Shown here one piece after another: positions 43,058 through 51,011 of a stretch of DNA of 64,000 bases. The stretch comes from Solirubrobacterales bacterium (GTDB taxonomy: Bacteria > Actinomycetota > Thermoleophilia > Solirubrobacterales > 70-9). A program made the translations under genes and the position numbers. Every line of letters begins with the position of its first letter. Position 1 is the stretch's first letter. The stretch covers positions 691 through 64,690 of the forward strand of contig DATAMR010000007.1 of assembly GCA_036260485.1 (NCBI GenBank), given 5' to 3'. A model generated the notes under the pieces. That model saw nothing but the letters and a program-made list of their open reading frames with translations, was not told where the DNA came from and made no database searches.

Positions 43058-44358
43058 GACGCCGCTCCGATCTCGACCCGGCGTTCGGAGAGCAGGCCTT
43101 CGTAGAGATCCTCCAGCTCCTCGACGTGCGTTCGCATGGGGTAGACCGGCACGATCCCGGCGGTGAGGCTGCGCCAGGTCTGGGTGGAGCCGGCCGCCTG
43201 CGAGATCACCCGCGCCAGGTCCTCGGGGTCGCCGACCCGGAAGTGGAGGCCGTCGACGCCGTCGGCGACCTTCTCCGCCATGCCGCCGATGTTGCTGCAG
43301 ATCACCGGCCGGCCGTGCATGAAGGCCTCCTGGATCACCAGCGGCGAGTTCTCCCACCAGCGCGAGGGGACGAGGACGTAGTCGACGTTCTCCATCAGCG
43401 ACCCGAGCTGGTCGTGGTCGTAGCGGCCGATCATCACCACCCGGTCGCCGCTCTCCTCCAGCAGCGCGGCGAATTCCTCCTGGAACTCCGGCGGCTGGAT
43501 CTCGAGGTTGGCGCCGTGCAGGTAGATCGTTGCGTCGACGTCATCGTCGGCGAGGCGTTTGGCGGCTTGGAGGACGACGTTGACCCCCTTGTAGTGGCTG
43601 AACTGGCCGAAGAAGCCGAAGCGATTGCGCTTTTTCCGCCGCGGGTTGGCGGGCTCGTAGGAGAGCGGCAGGCGGCCGTACTCCTCGACCTTGATCTTCT
43701 CGGTCGGGATCCCCCAGTCGACGTAGCGGTCCCGCAGCTGCGCGCTCGGGGCGATGAAGAGGTCGACGTGCTCCATGTGCGACTGGATCAGGCGCTTGCG
43801 CATGAAGAACTCCTGCGGAGAGACGTCGGGGAAGCACTCGTGGCAGCGGCGCGGCGACTCCTCCAGGCAGGGCTCTTCGTCGGTCGCCCGCAGCAGCTGG
43901 CCGTGGCGGTGGCAGATCGGCAGGAACTCGTGCAGCGTGTAGACGATCGCCGCCTCGGGGAGGGTGTTGCGGACCTCGCGGATCGCTTCGAGGCCGATGA
44001 ACAGCGTGTGCTGGAAATGGACCACGTCGGGCTGCTGAGCGACGAGGAAGTCGCGCAGATGAGTGGTGATCGTCGACTTCTCGCGGGTCGAGTTGAGCAG
44101 CCAGTCGAAGTCGTTCAGCTCGGTGTAGAAGAAGTACTGCCCCGGGTCGTTGGCGTCGACCCCGGTCAGCAGGGTCCCCTCGTGGTAGCGCGAGGAGGTC
44201 GAGAATGGCGGGCCGGTGCGGGCGAGGAAGAGCGACTCCCACTCGCTTTCGTCGCGCATCGCCTCGTGCAGCTCGAAGGCGTAGGCCTCGGCGCCGCCGG
44301 GGCGGATCACGGGGTGGTTGTGCGACACGTAGAGGACCTTCTTCGGACTCAGTTCCAT
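43054..44358 (-). CDS. Glycan operon gene 6/19: GT4-family (GT-B, Glycos_transf_1) glycosyltransferase
   Basis: ATG 44358 with a GAAGGAGG SD. C-terminal ENSPLVIQEAFMHGRPVICSNIGGMAEKVADGVDGLHF (EX7E-type block). Confidence 0.85.
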   Translation of the reverse strand: MELSPKKVLYVSHNHPVIRPGGAEAYAFELHEAMRDESEWESLFLARTGPPFSTSSRYHEGTLLTGVDANDPGQYFFYTELNDFDWLLNSTREKSTITTHLRDFLVAQQPDVVHFQHTLFIGLEAIREVRNTLPEAAIVYTLHEFLPICHRHGQLLRATDEEPCLEESPRRCHECFPDVSPQEFFMRKRLIQSHMEHVDLFIAPSAQLRDRYVDWGIPTEKIKVEEYGRLPLSYEPANPRRKKRNRFGFFGQFSHYKGVNVVLQAAKRLADDDVDATIYLHGANLEIQPPEFQEEFAALLEESGDRVVMIGRYDHDQLGSLMENVDYVLVPSRWWENSPLVIQEAFMHGRPVICSNIGGMAEKVADGVDGLHFRVGDPEDLARVISQAAGSTQTWRSLTAGIVPVYPMRTHVEELEDLYEGLLSERRVEIGAAS

Positions 44359-45194
44359 GCGGCCTCCTTCGACCGGAGCGAGATTGGGGTTGAGGTTCTG
44401 GAGCCGTCTGGCAGCTCGTAGAGGACGCAGATACGACTGCGGACGGCAAGTCGGCGGCAGCTGCCGTCGAGGAAAGCGGCAAGGGCGGGGCGCCGGGCGA
44501 CCGTCCACAACAGCGCGGCGGGCACGACTAGGTAGCGGACTCCTTCGCCGCCGAGGGTCCGCAGCCGGGAGACGGCGTGCCGGCCTTCGTCGGCCTCCAG
44601 CGGCAGGTGCCGGCCAGCGGCGTCGTGGGGGAAGTGCCAGGCCGGGCGGCCGAGGTCGAGCAGGGCGTCGTCGCCGTCGCTCAGCACCAGCACCACCTCG
44701 TCCTCCGGGAGCAGGCTGCCGAGCAGGGCCCGAGTAGCCGGCAGGCAGCGCCGCTGCAGCTCTCCCGCCGCGAGATCGGGGACCGCGCGCGGCGCCGCCG
44801 CCGGCAGCTCCAGCAGGCGGTAGACCCGGCAGACCTCCTCCGGCGCGTCGAGCCGCTCATAGCGGCCGCGCAGGTGCAGCTCCAGCTCCGGGTAATGCTC
44901 CAGCCACCAGTAGTAGATCGCGGGCAGGACCAGATAGGCGCCGCCGGCGCCGCGCAGCGCCTCCAGGTGCTCGACCGCCCAGGCGCCGTCGATCGGGTGG
45001 TGGCCCGCGTACTGGCCGCTGCCGGAGCGGGGGAAGTGCCAACCGCTGCGCCCGTCGAAGCGGACCAGGTTCTCATCACCCTTGCTGACCACGAGCACGA
45101 CCGCCCCGACCGGGGTGATCTCCTCGACCAGGGCCGCGACCCGCGGCGCCAGCTCCTCATAGGCGACGTTGCCGCCGACCACGGTCAGGCTCAT
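44349..45194 (-). CDS. Glycan operon gene 5/19: stand-alone protein made of two tandem module B copies
   Basis: ATG 45194 in an ATGA overlap. Copy 1 reads VLVVSKGDENLVRFDGRSGWHFP...YAGHHPIDGAWAVEHLEALRGAGGAYLVLP...WWLEHYPEL. Copy 2 is more diverged. Confidence 0.65.
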   Translation of the reverse strand: MSLTVVGGNVAYEELAPRVAALVEEITPVGAVVLVVSKGDENLVRFDGRSGWHFPRSGSGQYAGHHPIDGAWAVEHLEALRGAGGAYLVLPAIYYWWLEHYPELELHLRGRYERLDAPEEVCRVYRLLELPAAAPRAVPDLAAGELQRRCLPATRALLGSLLPEDEVVLVLSDGDDALLDLGRPAWHFPHDAAGRHLPLEADEGRHAVSRLRTLGGEGVRYLVVPAALLWTVARRPALAAFLDGSCRRLAVRSRICVLYELPDGSRTSTPISLRSKEAAWN

Positions 45195-46540
45195 CGGCTC
45201 GCCTCCGTCGGCACCGGGCTCGGCCCCAGCGCGTAGATCGCGCAGGACTCGTGCCGCTCGCCGCTCGCCCGGTCCGCGAGGTGCGCGGCCAGGCCGCGGT
45301 AGTGCTCGAGCCACCAGGCCTCGGCGGCGGGGACGACGAGGTATTCGGCGCCGACCGCCCGCTCGGCCTCGAGCAGGGCGATCGCCTCCTCCTCGTCGGC
45401 GGGATGGCGGCCGAGGTAGCGGCCGTCCGCGCCGCGGGGGAAGTGGAGGCACTCGCGGCCGCGGGCCCGCAGCAGCTCGGCGTCGCCGCGGCTGACGACC
45501 AGCGCCCGCGCGCCCTCGGGGAGGGTGCGCTCGACCTGCTCGCGGACAGCGGCGACGACGCGCTCGTAATCGAGCGCCGCCGGCTCGACCTCGATGCCGC
45601 GGTCGGCGAGCTCGGCGCTCAGCCGCGTCAGCTCACGGCCGAGGTCGGCGCTGCGCCGGCCCTGGGCTCGCAGCAGCGGCTCCAGTTCGCCCTCGTGGCC
45701 GTCGCTGCGCTCGACGCTAGCCAGCAGCGGCGAGACCGAGATCCGCAGCGGGTGCGCGCTCGGGTACTCGACCTCGATCAGCCCGTCGGCGGCGTAGATC
45801 TCGAGGTCGTCGCGGTAAACCCGCGCCCGCCAGCGCTCGCGGTAACGGGCGACGGAGGGCTCGAAGTCCCCGGTCCCGCGAGTGGCCGACTCGAGGTGGG
45901 TGACGACGGCCGCGGGGGTGTAGCGCACCTCTCTCCCGGCCTCGCCCAGCCGCAGGCAGAGGTCGACGTCCTCCATCGAGTTGAGGAAGCCTTCGTCGAA
46001 CCCCCCCACCCGCTCGAAGGCCTCGCGCCGCACCAGCATGCAGGCGCCGGTCACCGCCTGCAGCCGCCGCTTTCGGTTCGGCGCCGGATGGCCGGCTGGG
46101 AAGCCGGCGTAGAGGTTGTGGGGGTAGCCGTCCTGGCCGAAGACGACGCCGGCGTGCTGGACGGTGCCGACCGGGTGCAGGAGCTTGGCGCCGACGACCG
46201 CCGCCTCGGGATGGGCTTCGGCGCAGTCCAGCAGCGCCGCCAGCCAGCCGGACTGCGGCTCGGTGTCGTTGTTGAGGAAGACGAGGTGCTCGCCGCGGGC
46301 CAGCGCCGCGCCGGCGTTGCAGGCGCCGGCGAAGCCGGCGTTTCGCTCCAGGCGCAGAGCACGGATCGCCTCGCCGAAGCCGTCCAGCATCCGCGGAGTG
46401 CGGTCCTCGGAGGCGTCGTCGACGACGATCGCCTCGCAGCCGGCCGGGAGGTCGGCGAGGAGCAGCCGCAGGCAGCGCTCGGTGAGGCCGGCGCGGCCGT
46501 GTACCGGCACCACCACCGAGGCCCTGATCGCGGCGGTCAT
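45191..46540 (-). CDS. Glycan operon gene 4/19: GT2 + linker + module B
   Basis: ATG 46540 in an ATGA overlap. SVVVPVHGRAGLTERCLRLL ... VVDDASEDRT ... FLNNDT ... MEDVDLCLR. Confidence 0.8.
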   Translation of the reverse strand: MTAAIRASVVVPVHGRAGLTERCLRLLLADLPAGCEAIVVDDASEDRTPRMLDGFGEAIRALRLERNAGFAGACNAGAALARGEHLVFLNNDTEPQSGWLAALLDCAEAHPEAAVVGAKLLHPVGTVQHAGVVFGQDGYPHNLYAGFPAGHPAPNRKRRLQAVTGACMLVRREAFERVGGFDEGFLNSMEDVDLCLRLGEAGREVRYTPAAVVTHLESATRGTGDFEPSVARYRERWRARVYRDDLEIYAADGLIEVEYPSAHPLRISVSPLLASVERSDGHEGELEPLLRAQGRRSADLGRELTRLSAELADRGIEVEPAALDYERVVAAVREQVERTLPEGARALVVSRGDAELLRARGRECLHFPRGADGRYLGRHPADEEEAIALLEAERAVGAEYLVVPAAEAWWLEHYRGLAAHLADRASGERHESCAIYALGPSPVPTEASR

Positions 46541-48993
46541 CCCCCGCCTCCGACCAGGCGGTAGATCGCCCCGGCGCGGTCGTCGGAGACCACCGGCTCG
46601 TAGTTGGCGTCGAGGTGCTCGCGCAGTCCCTCGTAGTGGCGCAGCCACCAGAGATAGGTCGGCGGGACGACGAGGAACTCGGCGCCGCGGTCGCGCAGCG
46701 ACTCGAGGTGGGCGATCGCCTCCTCGCTGTCGGCGGGATGGTGACCGGCCCAGGCCCCGTCGGGAGCCTGCGGGAAATGCTCGGCGCGGCGGCCGTTCAG
46801 CTGCAGCAACTCCTCGTCGCCGCGGCTGATCACCAGCACCGTAGAGCCACCCGGCACCGCCGCCTTGACCGCCTCGCGCACCTGTTCGGCTTCGCGGCTG
46901 TAGCGAGGGTTGGGGCGACGGCCGTAGGGCTGCCAGGGTCGGCCCCACTTCTCCGCGTAGCGGCGCTGATTGGCCTCGAGGATCCGCGTGTACTCGCCGC
47001 TGGGAACCAGCGCCCCGAAGGAGGCCTCGCCGAAGTGGTGGACGGCGACGTCGTCGGCGCAGCGCAGCTCGTAGCCGGCCCGCCGGGCCCGCTCGGCGTA
47101 GTCGTCGTCCTCGAGCAGCCCGATCTCGTAGCCCTCGTCGAGCGGCCCGAGGCGGAGGTGGGTCTGCCGCCGCATCGCTAGGCAGAACATCGCCGGAGTG
47201 CCGATCGCCAGCCACTCGCCGGCGTGCTCGCGCGCCCGCCGGGCGGCGAACTCGAGGAACTCGCCCCAGGTCCGGTAGTCGGCGTCGACCTCGGCCTCGT
47301 TGCCGATCCGGTTGGTCACCGGGCCGACGAAGCCGACCGCCGGGTCGGCGAGGTGCCGGCGCAGGCCCGCCAGCCAGCCCGGCGGCGTCATCGTGTCGTT
47401 GTTGAGGAGGACGAGGTGGTCGCCGCCGGCCAGCGCCAGCCCCTGGTTGCAGGCCGGAGCGAAGCCGACGTTCGTGCCGTTGAGCAGGACCCGGACCCGG
47501 GCGTCGCGCTCGGCGAGGCGGGCGAGGTAAGCCGGGGTGCCGTCGCCGGAGCCGTTGTCGACGACGATCAGCTCGAACTCGCCGTCGGTGTTGGCGAGGA
47601 CGGTGCGCAGGCAGAGCCGGGTGAAGACGAGGTTGTCGTGGGTGACGACGACGATGCTGGCGCTCTCGCCCGCGCTCGCCGACCCGCGCTCGCAGCGCGG
47701 GATCGGGGCCGCCAGCGCCGCCTCGACGGTCTCCCGCGGCAGCACCGTCGGGCGCCGCGAGACCGGCTCCAGCGGCAGCGAGTCGGGGAAGACGCCGGTG
47801 GCCCTCGCCCGCGCCGACCCGGGCCGGCCGACCCCGAGGTCGTCGAGCAGCCGCCCCAGCACCACCTCGTGGTTGAAGTGCTCGCGGGCGAGCTCGCGAG
47901 CCGCCGCGGCGTGGCGGCTGTAGTCGCCGCCGATCTCCTCGACCGCCGCCAGCGCCTCGTCGGGGGTTTCGAACCCGAACAGCCCGGCGCCGGTCGGCAG
48001 GACGTTGGAGAAGCCGGTCTCCTGGGTGATCACCGGCCGCCCGGAGGCGAGGTAGGTGGCGCTGCGGTCGCTGAACCAGCCGGTCCGCAGGCGCACGTTC
48101 TGCTCCTTGGCGACGGTGAACTCGCCGCGCGAGGCGCCGATGTAGTCGCGGTAGCGGTCGATCCCGCGCGAGATCTCCATCCCGTCACGCACCCGCCAGC
48201 CGCGCTGGCGCAGCATCTCGCGCTCGGAGTCCTCGCAGCTGCTCAACGCCAGCTCGAAGGCGGCGCCGCTGCGCTCGGGCAGGTCGAGGTGGCGGAGGAA
48301 CTCCTGGTGCTTGCTCCAGGTGTAGCGCTCGCCCTCGAAGGTGACGTCGCGCCACTCCTGGCGCCAGTTGCCGATGGTCGTGAAGACGTCGGCGGGCTGC
48401 GGCGAGCGGTCGGGCCAGAGGTCGAGGAGGACGGGCTGGCGGGTGGGCTTGAACTGGAACCGCTCGCTGCGTGGCAGACGGCAGTCCTCGCCCTCCCAGT
48501 TCTCGGCGAAGGTGAAGAAGGCGCAGTGCGGCTCGAGAAAGTCGACGGTCTCCTGCAGCCCGTGCTGCAGCTCCAGCTGCAGCTGCACCGGGTCGGTCTC
48601 CAGATAGACCAGCCGCCCGGTCGCGGCCAGCTCCGGGTAGGGCATGGTGCCGCCGTGGAGGTTGATCAGCAGGTCGGCCGAGCCGTAGAGCCGTTCCAGT
48701 TGGGTTTCGCTCATCCCGAAGCAGCGGCCGTCGTCGTGCAGCGCCCGGAAGGCCCAGCGGTCGGCCATCCCGAAACGCCGCATCAGCGAGCCGATGTACT
48801 CCGCCGCCAGCGCCGAGCTGTCGTCGTCGGGGTCGGTCATCAACATCGACGGCGTCCGCGCGTGGGTCTCGACGTAGTAGGCCTCGCAGCCGAGGCGCTC
48901 GAAGCCGAGCAGATAGTGGAGGTTCTGCCAGGCGACGCCGGCCACCGGCATCTTGGTCATCATCCCCAGCAGGACGACCTTGGGCGGGCTCAC
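46537..48993 (-). CDS. Glycan operon gene 3/19: triple fusion of CgeB-like paralog 4 + GT2 + module B
   Basis: GTG 48993 (GTGA overlap, GGAGG 8 nt upstream). GWFSDRSATYLASGRPVITQETGF, then IVVVTHDNLVFTRLCL ... VVDNGSGDGT ... LLNNDT ... EDDDYAER, then a module B tail. Confidence 0.8.
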   Translation of the reverse strand: MSPPKVVLLGMMTKMPVAGVAWQNLHYLLGFERLGCEAYYVETHARTPSMLMTDPDDDSSALAAEYIGSLMRRFGMADRWAFRALHDDGRCFGMSETQLERLYGSADLLINLHGGTMPYPELAATGRLVYLETDPVQLQLELQHGLQETVDFLEPHCAFFTFAENWEGEDCRLPRSERFQFKPTRQPVLLDLWPDRSPQPADVFTTIGNWRQEWRDVTFEGERYTWSKHQEFLRHLDLPERSGAAFELALSSCEDSEREMLRQRGWRVRDGMEISRGIDRYRDYIGASRGEFTVAKEQNVRLRTGWFSDRSATYLASGRPVITQETGFSNVLPTGAGLFGFETPDEALAAVEEIGGDYSRHAAAARELAREHFNHEVVLGRLLDDLGVGRPGSARARATGVFPDSLPLEPVSRRPTVLPRETVEAALAAPIPRCERGSASAGESASIVVVTHDNLVFTRLCLRTVLANTDGEFELIVVDNGSGDGTPAYLARLAERDARVRVLLNGTNVGFAPACNQGLALAGGDHLVLLNNDTMTPPGWLAGLRRHLADPAVGFVGPVTNRIGNEAEVDADYRTWGEFLEFAARRAREHAGEWLAIGTPAMFCLAMRRQTHLRLGPLDEGYEIGLLEDDDYAERARRAGYELRCADDVAVHHFGEASFGALVPSGEYTRILEANQRRYAEKWGRPWQPYGRRPNPRYSREAEQVREAVKAAVPGGSTVLVISRGDEELLQLNGRRAEHFPQAPDGAWAGHHPADSEEAIAHLESLRDRGAEFLVVPPTYLWWLRHYEGLREHLDANYEPVVSDDRAGAIYRLVGGGG

Positions 48994-51011
48994 GAGAGCT
49001 GCCTCCAACTGCCGCCGTCGCCGTTGCCGCCACCGTTGCCGCCCGCCGGCGGCTCGGGCTCGGGCTCGGGCTCGGGGAGGGTCGGGGAGCCCGCCTCGAC
49101 CAGCGCGGGCTCGGGGGGCGGGGGCGTCGCCGCGCGCTTGCGGCCCCGCTCGCGCGTCTGGGCCCGGTGCAGGCCGGTGTAGACGCCGCCGCGATCGACC
49201 AGCTCCTCGTGGGTGCCGCGCTCGACGATCCGCCCGTCCTCCATGACCAGGATCTGGTCGGCGTGGCGGACGGTCGAGAGCCGGTGGGCGATCATGAACG
49301 AGGTCCGCCCCTCCATCAGCACCTCCAGCGAGTCGAGGATCACGTCCTCGGTCTTGGAGTCGATCGAGGAGGTCGGCTCGTCGAGGATCAGGATCGGAGC
49401 GTCCCGGAGGAAGGCGCGGGCGACGCAGATCCGCTGGCGCTCGCCACCGGAGATCTGGGCGCCGCGCTCGCCGAGGATCGTGTCGTAGCCGTCCGGCAGC
49501 CGCGAGATGAAGTCGTGGGCGTTGGCCGCCCGGGCGGCGGCTTCGATCTGCTCGTCGCTCGCCTCGAGGCTGCCGTAGCGGATGTTCTCGCCGATCGTGC
49601 CGGAGAACAGCAGGGGGTCCTGGAGGACGACGCTGATCTGGTCCCGCAGCGAGGCGAGGCTGGCGTCGCGGAGGTCGACCCCGTCGAAGGCGATCCGTCC
49701 CTCAACCGGATCGTAGAAGCGGATCAGCAGGCTCATCAGCGTGCTCTTGCCGGCGCCGGTGTGGCCGACCACGGCGACCCGTTCCCCCGGCGCCGCCCGG
49801 AAGGAGATGTCTTCGAGCGTGCGCTTGCGGCTGGAGTAGGCGAAGGAGACGTTCTCGGCGGTGACCCAGCCGGAGATCCGGCCGAGGTCGACCGCGTCCT
49901 CGCGCTCCTTCACCTCCGGCTCCATGTCCAGCAGGCTGAGCGAGGCGTTGAACTGGACCAGCTCCTCGTGGATCATCCCGACGGTCGTGCTCAACTGTTC
50001 CAGCGGCCGGTAGACCGAGGCCATGTAGGTGAGGACGACGATCAGTTCGCCGACCGAGAGTTTGCCCTGCATCACGTGCCAGGCGCCGACGCCGAGGATC
50101 AGCGAGAGACCGGCGGCACTGGCGGTCTGCACGCCGAGCGTGTAGAGGCTCTGGCTGACAGTCAGCTTCACCCGTTCGTCGACCGCGACCTTGCCCTGCT
50201 CGCGGAACTTGCGGTGCTCGTGGTCCTCGCGGCCGAAGGTGACGATCACCCGCAGCATCGACATCGCCTCGTGGACGATCGAGAGCGAGCGCCACTCGAG
50301 CTCCTGGACACGCTGCAGCCGCGGCACGATCCGCTTCCCGTAGACGCCGAAGGACCAGAACAGCAGCGGCACCACGACCAGCGAGAGTGCCGCCAGTTCC
50401 CAGTCGATCAGGGCGGTGATGACCAGCATCCCGGCCAGGGTCATCAGCGCCTCGGCGACCGGCGGGATGACCATCACGATCGTCCCGACCGCCGCCGCCT
50501 GGTTGTTGATCTGGCTCATCAGCGCCCCGGTCTGGCGCTGGTCGTGGAAGGTCAGCGAAAGCCGCTGGACATGGTCGAAGAGGTCGCTGCGCAGGTCGAG
50601 GACCATGTTCTGCTCGGTCTTGGAGCCGAGGTAGTGGTTGAGGACGGTGAAGCCGTTGCCGGCAACGACGATCGCGAAGCGCAGCAGCAGCATCGAGAGC
50701 AGGAGCACGATTGCCTCGGGGTTTTCGCCGAAGACCTTGGCGACGAACCCGCCCCCGCTTTCTTCGTTCAGGACCTGGTTGAGGATCACCGCCAGCGGCC
50801 ACGGCTCGGCGAGCCCGAAGACCGCGGCGAAGACGGTCGCGCCGGTGAGGATGATCAGCGTTTTGCGGTAGGGGCGAAGGTAGGGCTTCGCCCGCGGCAG
50901 CGCTTTCCACAGGTCCCAGGCCCCCTGCCGTTTCTCGCCCTCGCCCTTCTTGCGCCCGGGCCCCTCGCCGGGGCTGCTCCGCATCGGGATCGGGCCCATC
51001 CAAGGGCTCAT
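48990..51011 (-). CDS. Glycan operon gene 2/19: ABC exporter, fused permease-ATPase half-transporter (MsbA/type I exporter-like)
   Basis: ATG 51011 in an ATGA overlap. Six TM segments, then Walker A GHTGAGKST, signature ISGGERQR and Walker B ILILDEPTS. Pro/Glu and Gly/Asn low-complexity tail. Confidence 0.9.
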   Translation of the reverse strand: MSPWMGPIPMRSSPGEGPGRKKGEGEKRQGAWDLWKALPRAKPYLRPYRKTLIILTGATVFAAVFGLAEPWPLAVILNQVLNEESGGGFVAKVFGENPEAIVLLLSMLLLRFAIVVAGNGFTVLNHYLGSKTEQNMVLDLRSDLFDHVQRLSLTFHDQRQTGALMSQINNQAAAVGTIVMVIPPVAEALMTLAGMLVITALIDWELAALSLVVVPLLFWSFGVYGKRIVPRLQRVQELEWRSLSIVHEAMSMLRVIVTFGREDHEHRKFREQGKVAVDERVKLTVSQSLYTLGVQTASAAGLSLILGVGAWHVMQGKLSVGELIVVLTYMASVYRPLEQLSTTVGMIHEELVQFNASLSLLDMEPEVKEREDAVDLGRISGWVTAENVSFAYSSRKRTLEDISFRAAPGERVAVVGHTGAGKSTLMSLLIRFYDPVEGRIAFDGVDLRDASLASLRDQISVVLQDPLLFSGTIGENIRYGSLEASDEQIEAAARAANAHDFISRLPDGYDTILGERGAQISGGERQRICVARAFLRDAPILILDEPTSSIDSKTEDVILDSLEVLMEGRTSFMIAHRLSTVRHADQILVMEDGRIVERGTHEELVDRGGVYTGLHRAQTRERGRKRAATPPPPEPALVEAGSPTLPEPEPEPEPPAGGNGGGNGDGGSWRQLS
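49051..49074. repeat. (GGCTCG)x4 hexanucleotide tandem repeat
   Basis: Read directly from the sequence. Encodes the PEPEPEPE part of the exporter C-terminal tail. Confidence 0.9.

Noticed and set aside
49051-49074. (GGCTCG)x4 as a phase-variation switch for the exporter.
   Set aside because: The unit is 6 nt, so slippage stays in frame and would only change the length of a disordered C-terminal tail.
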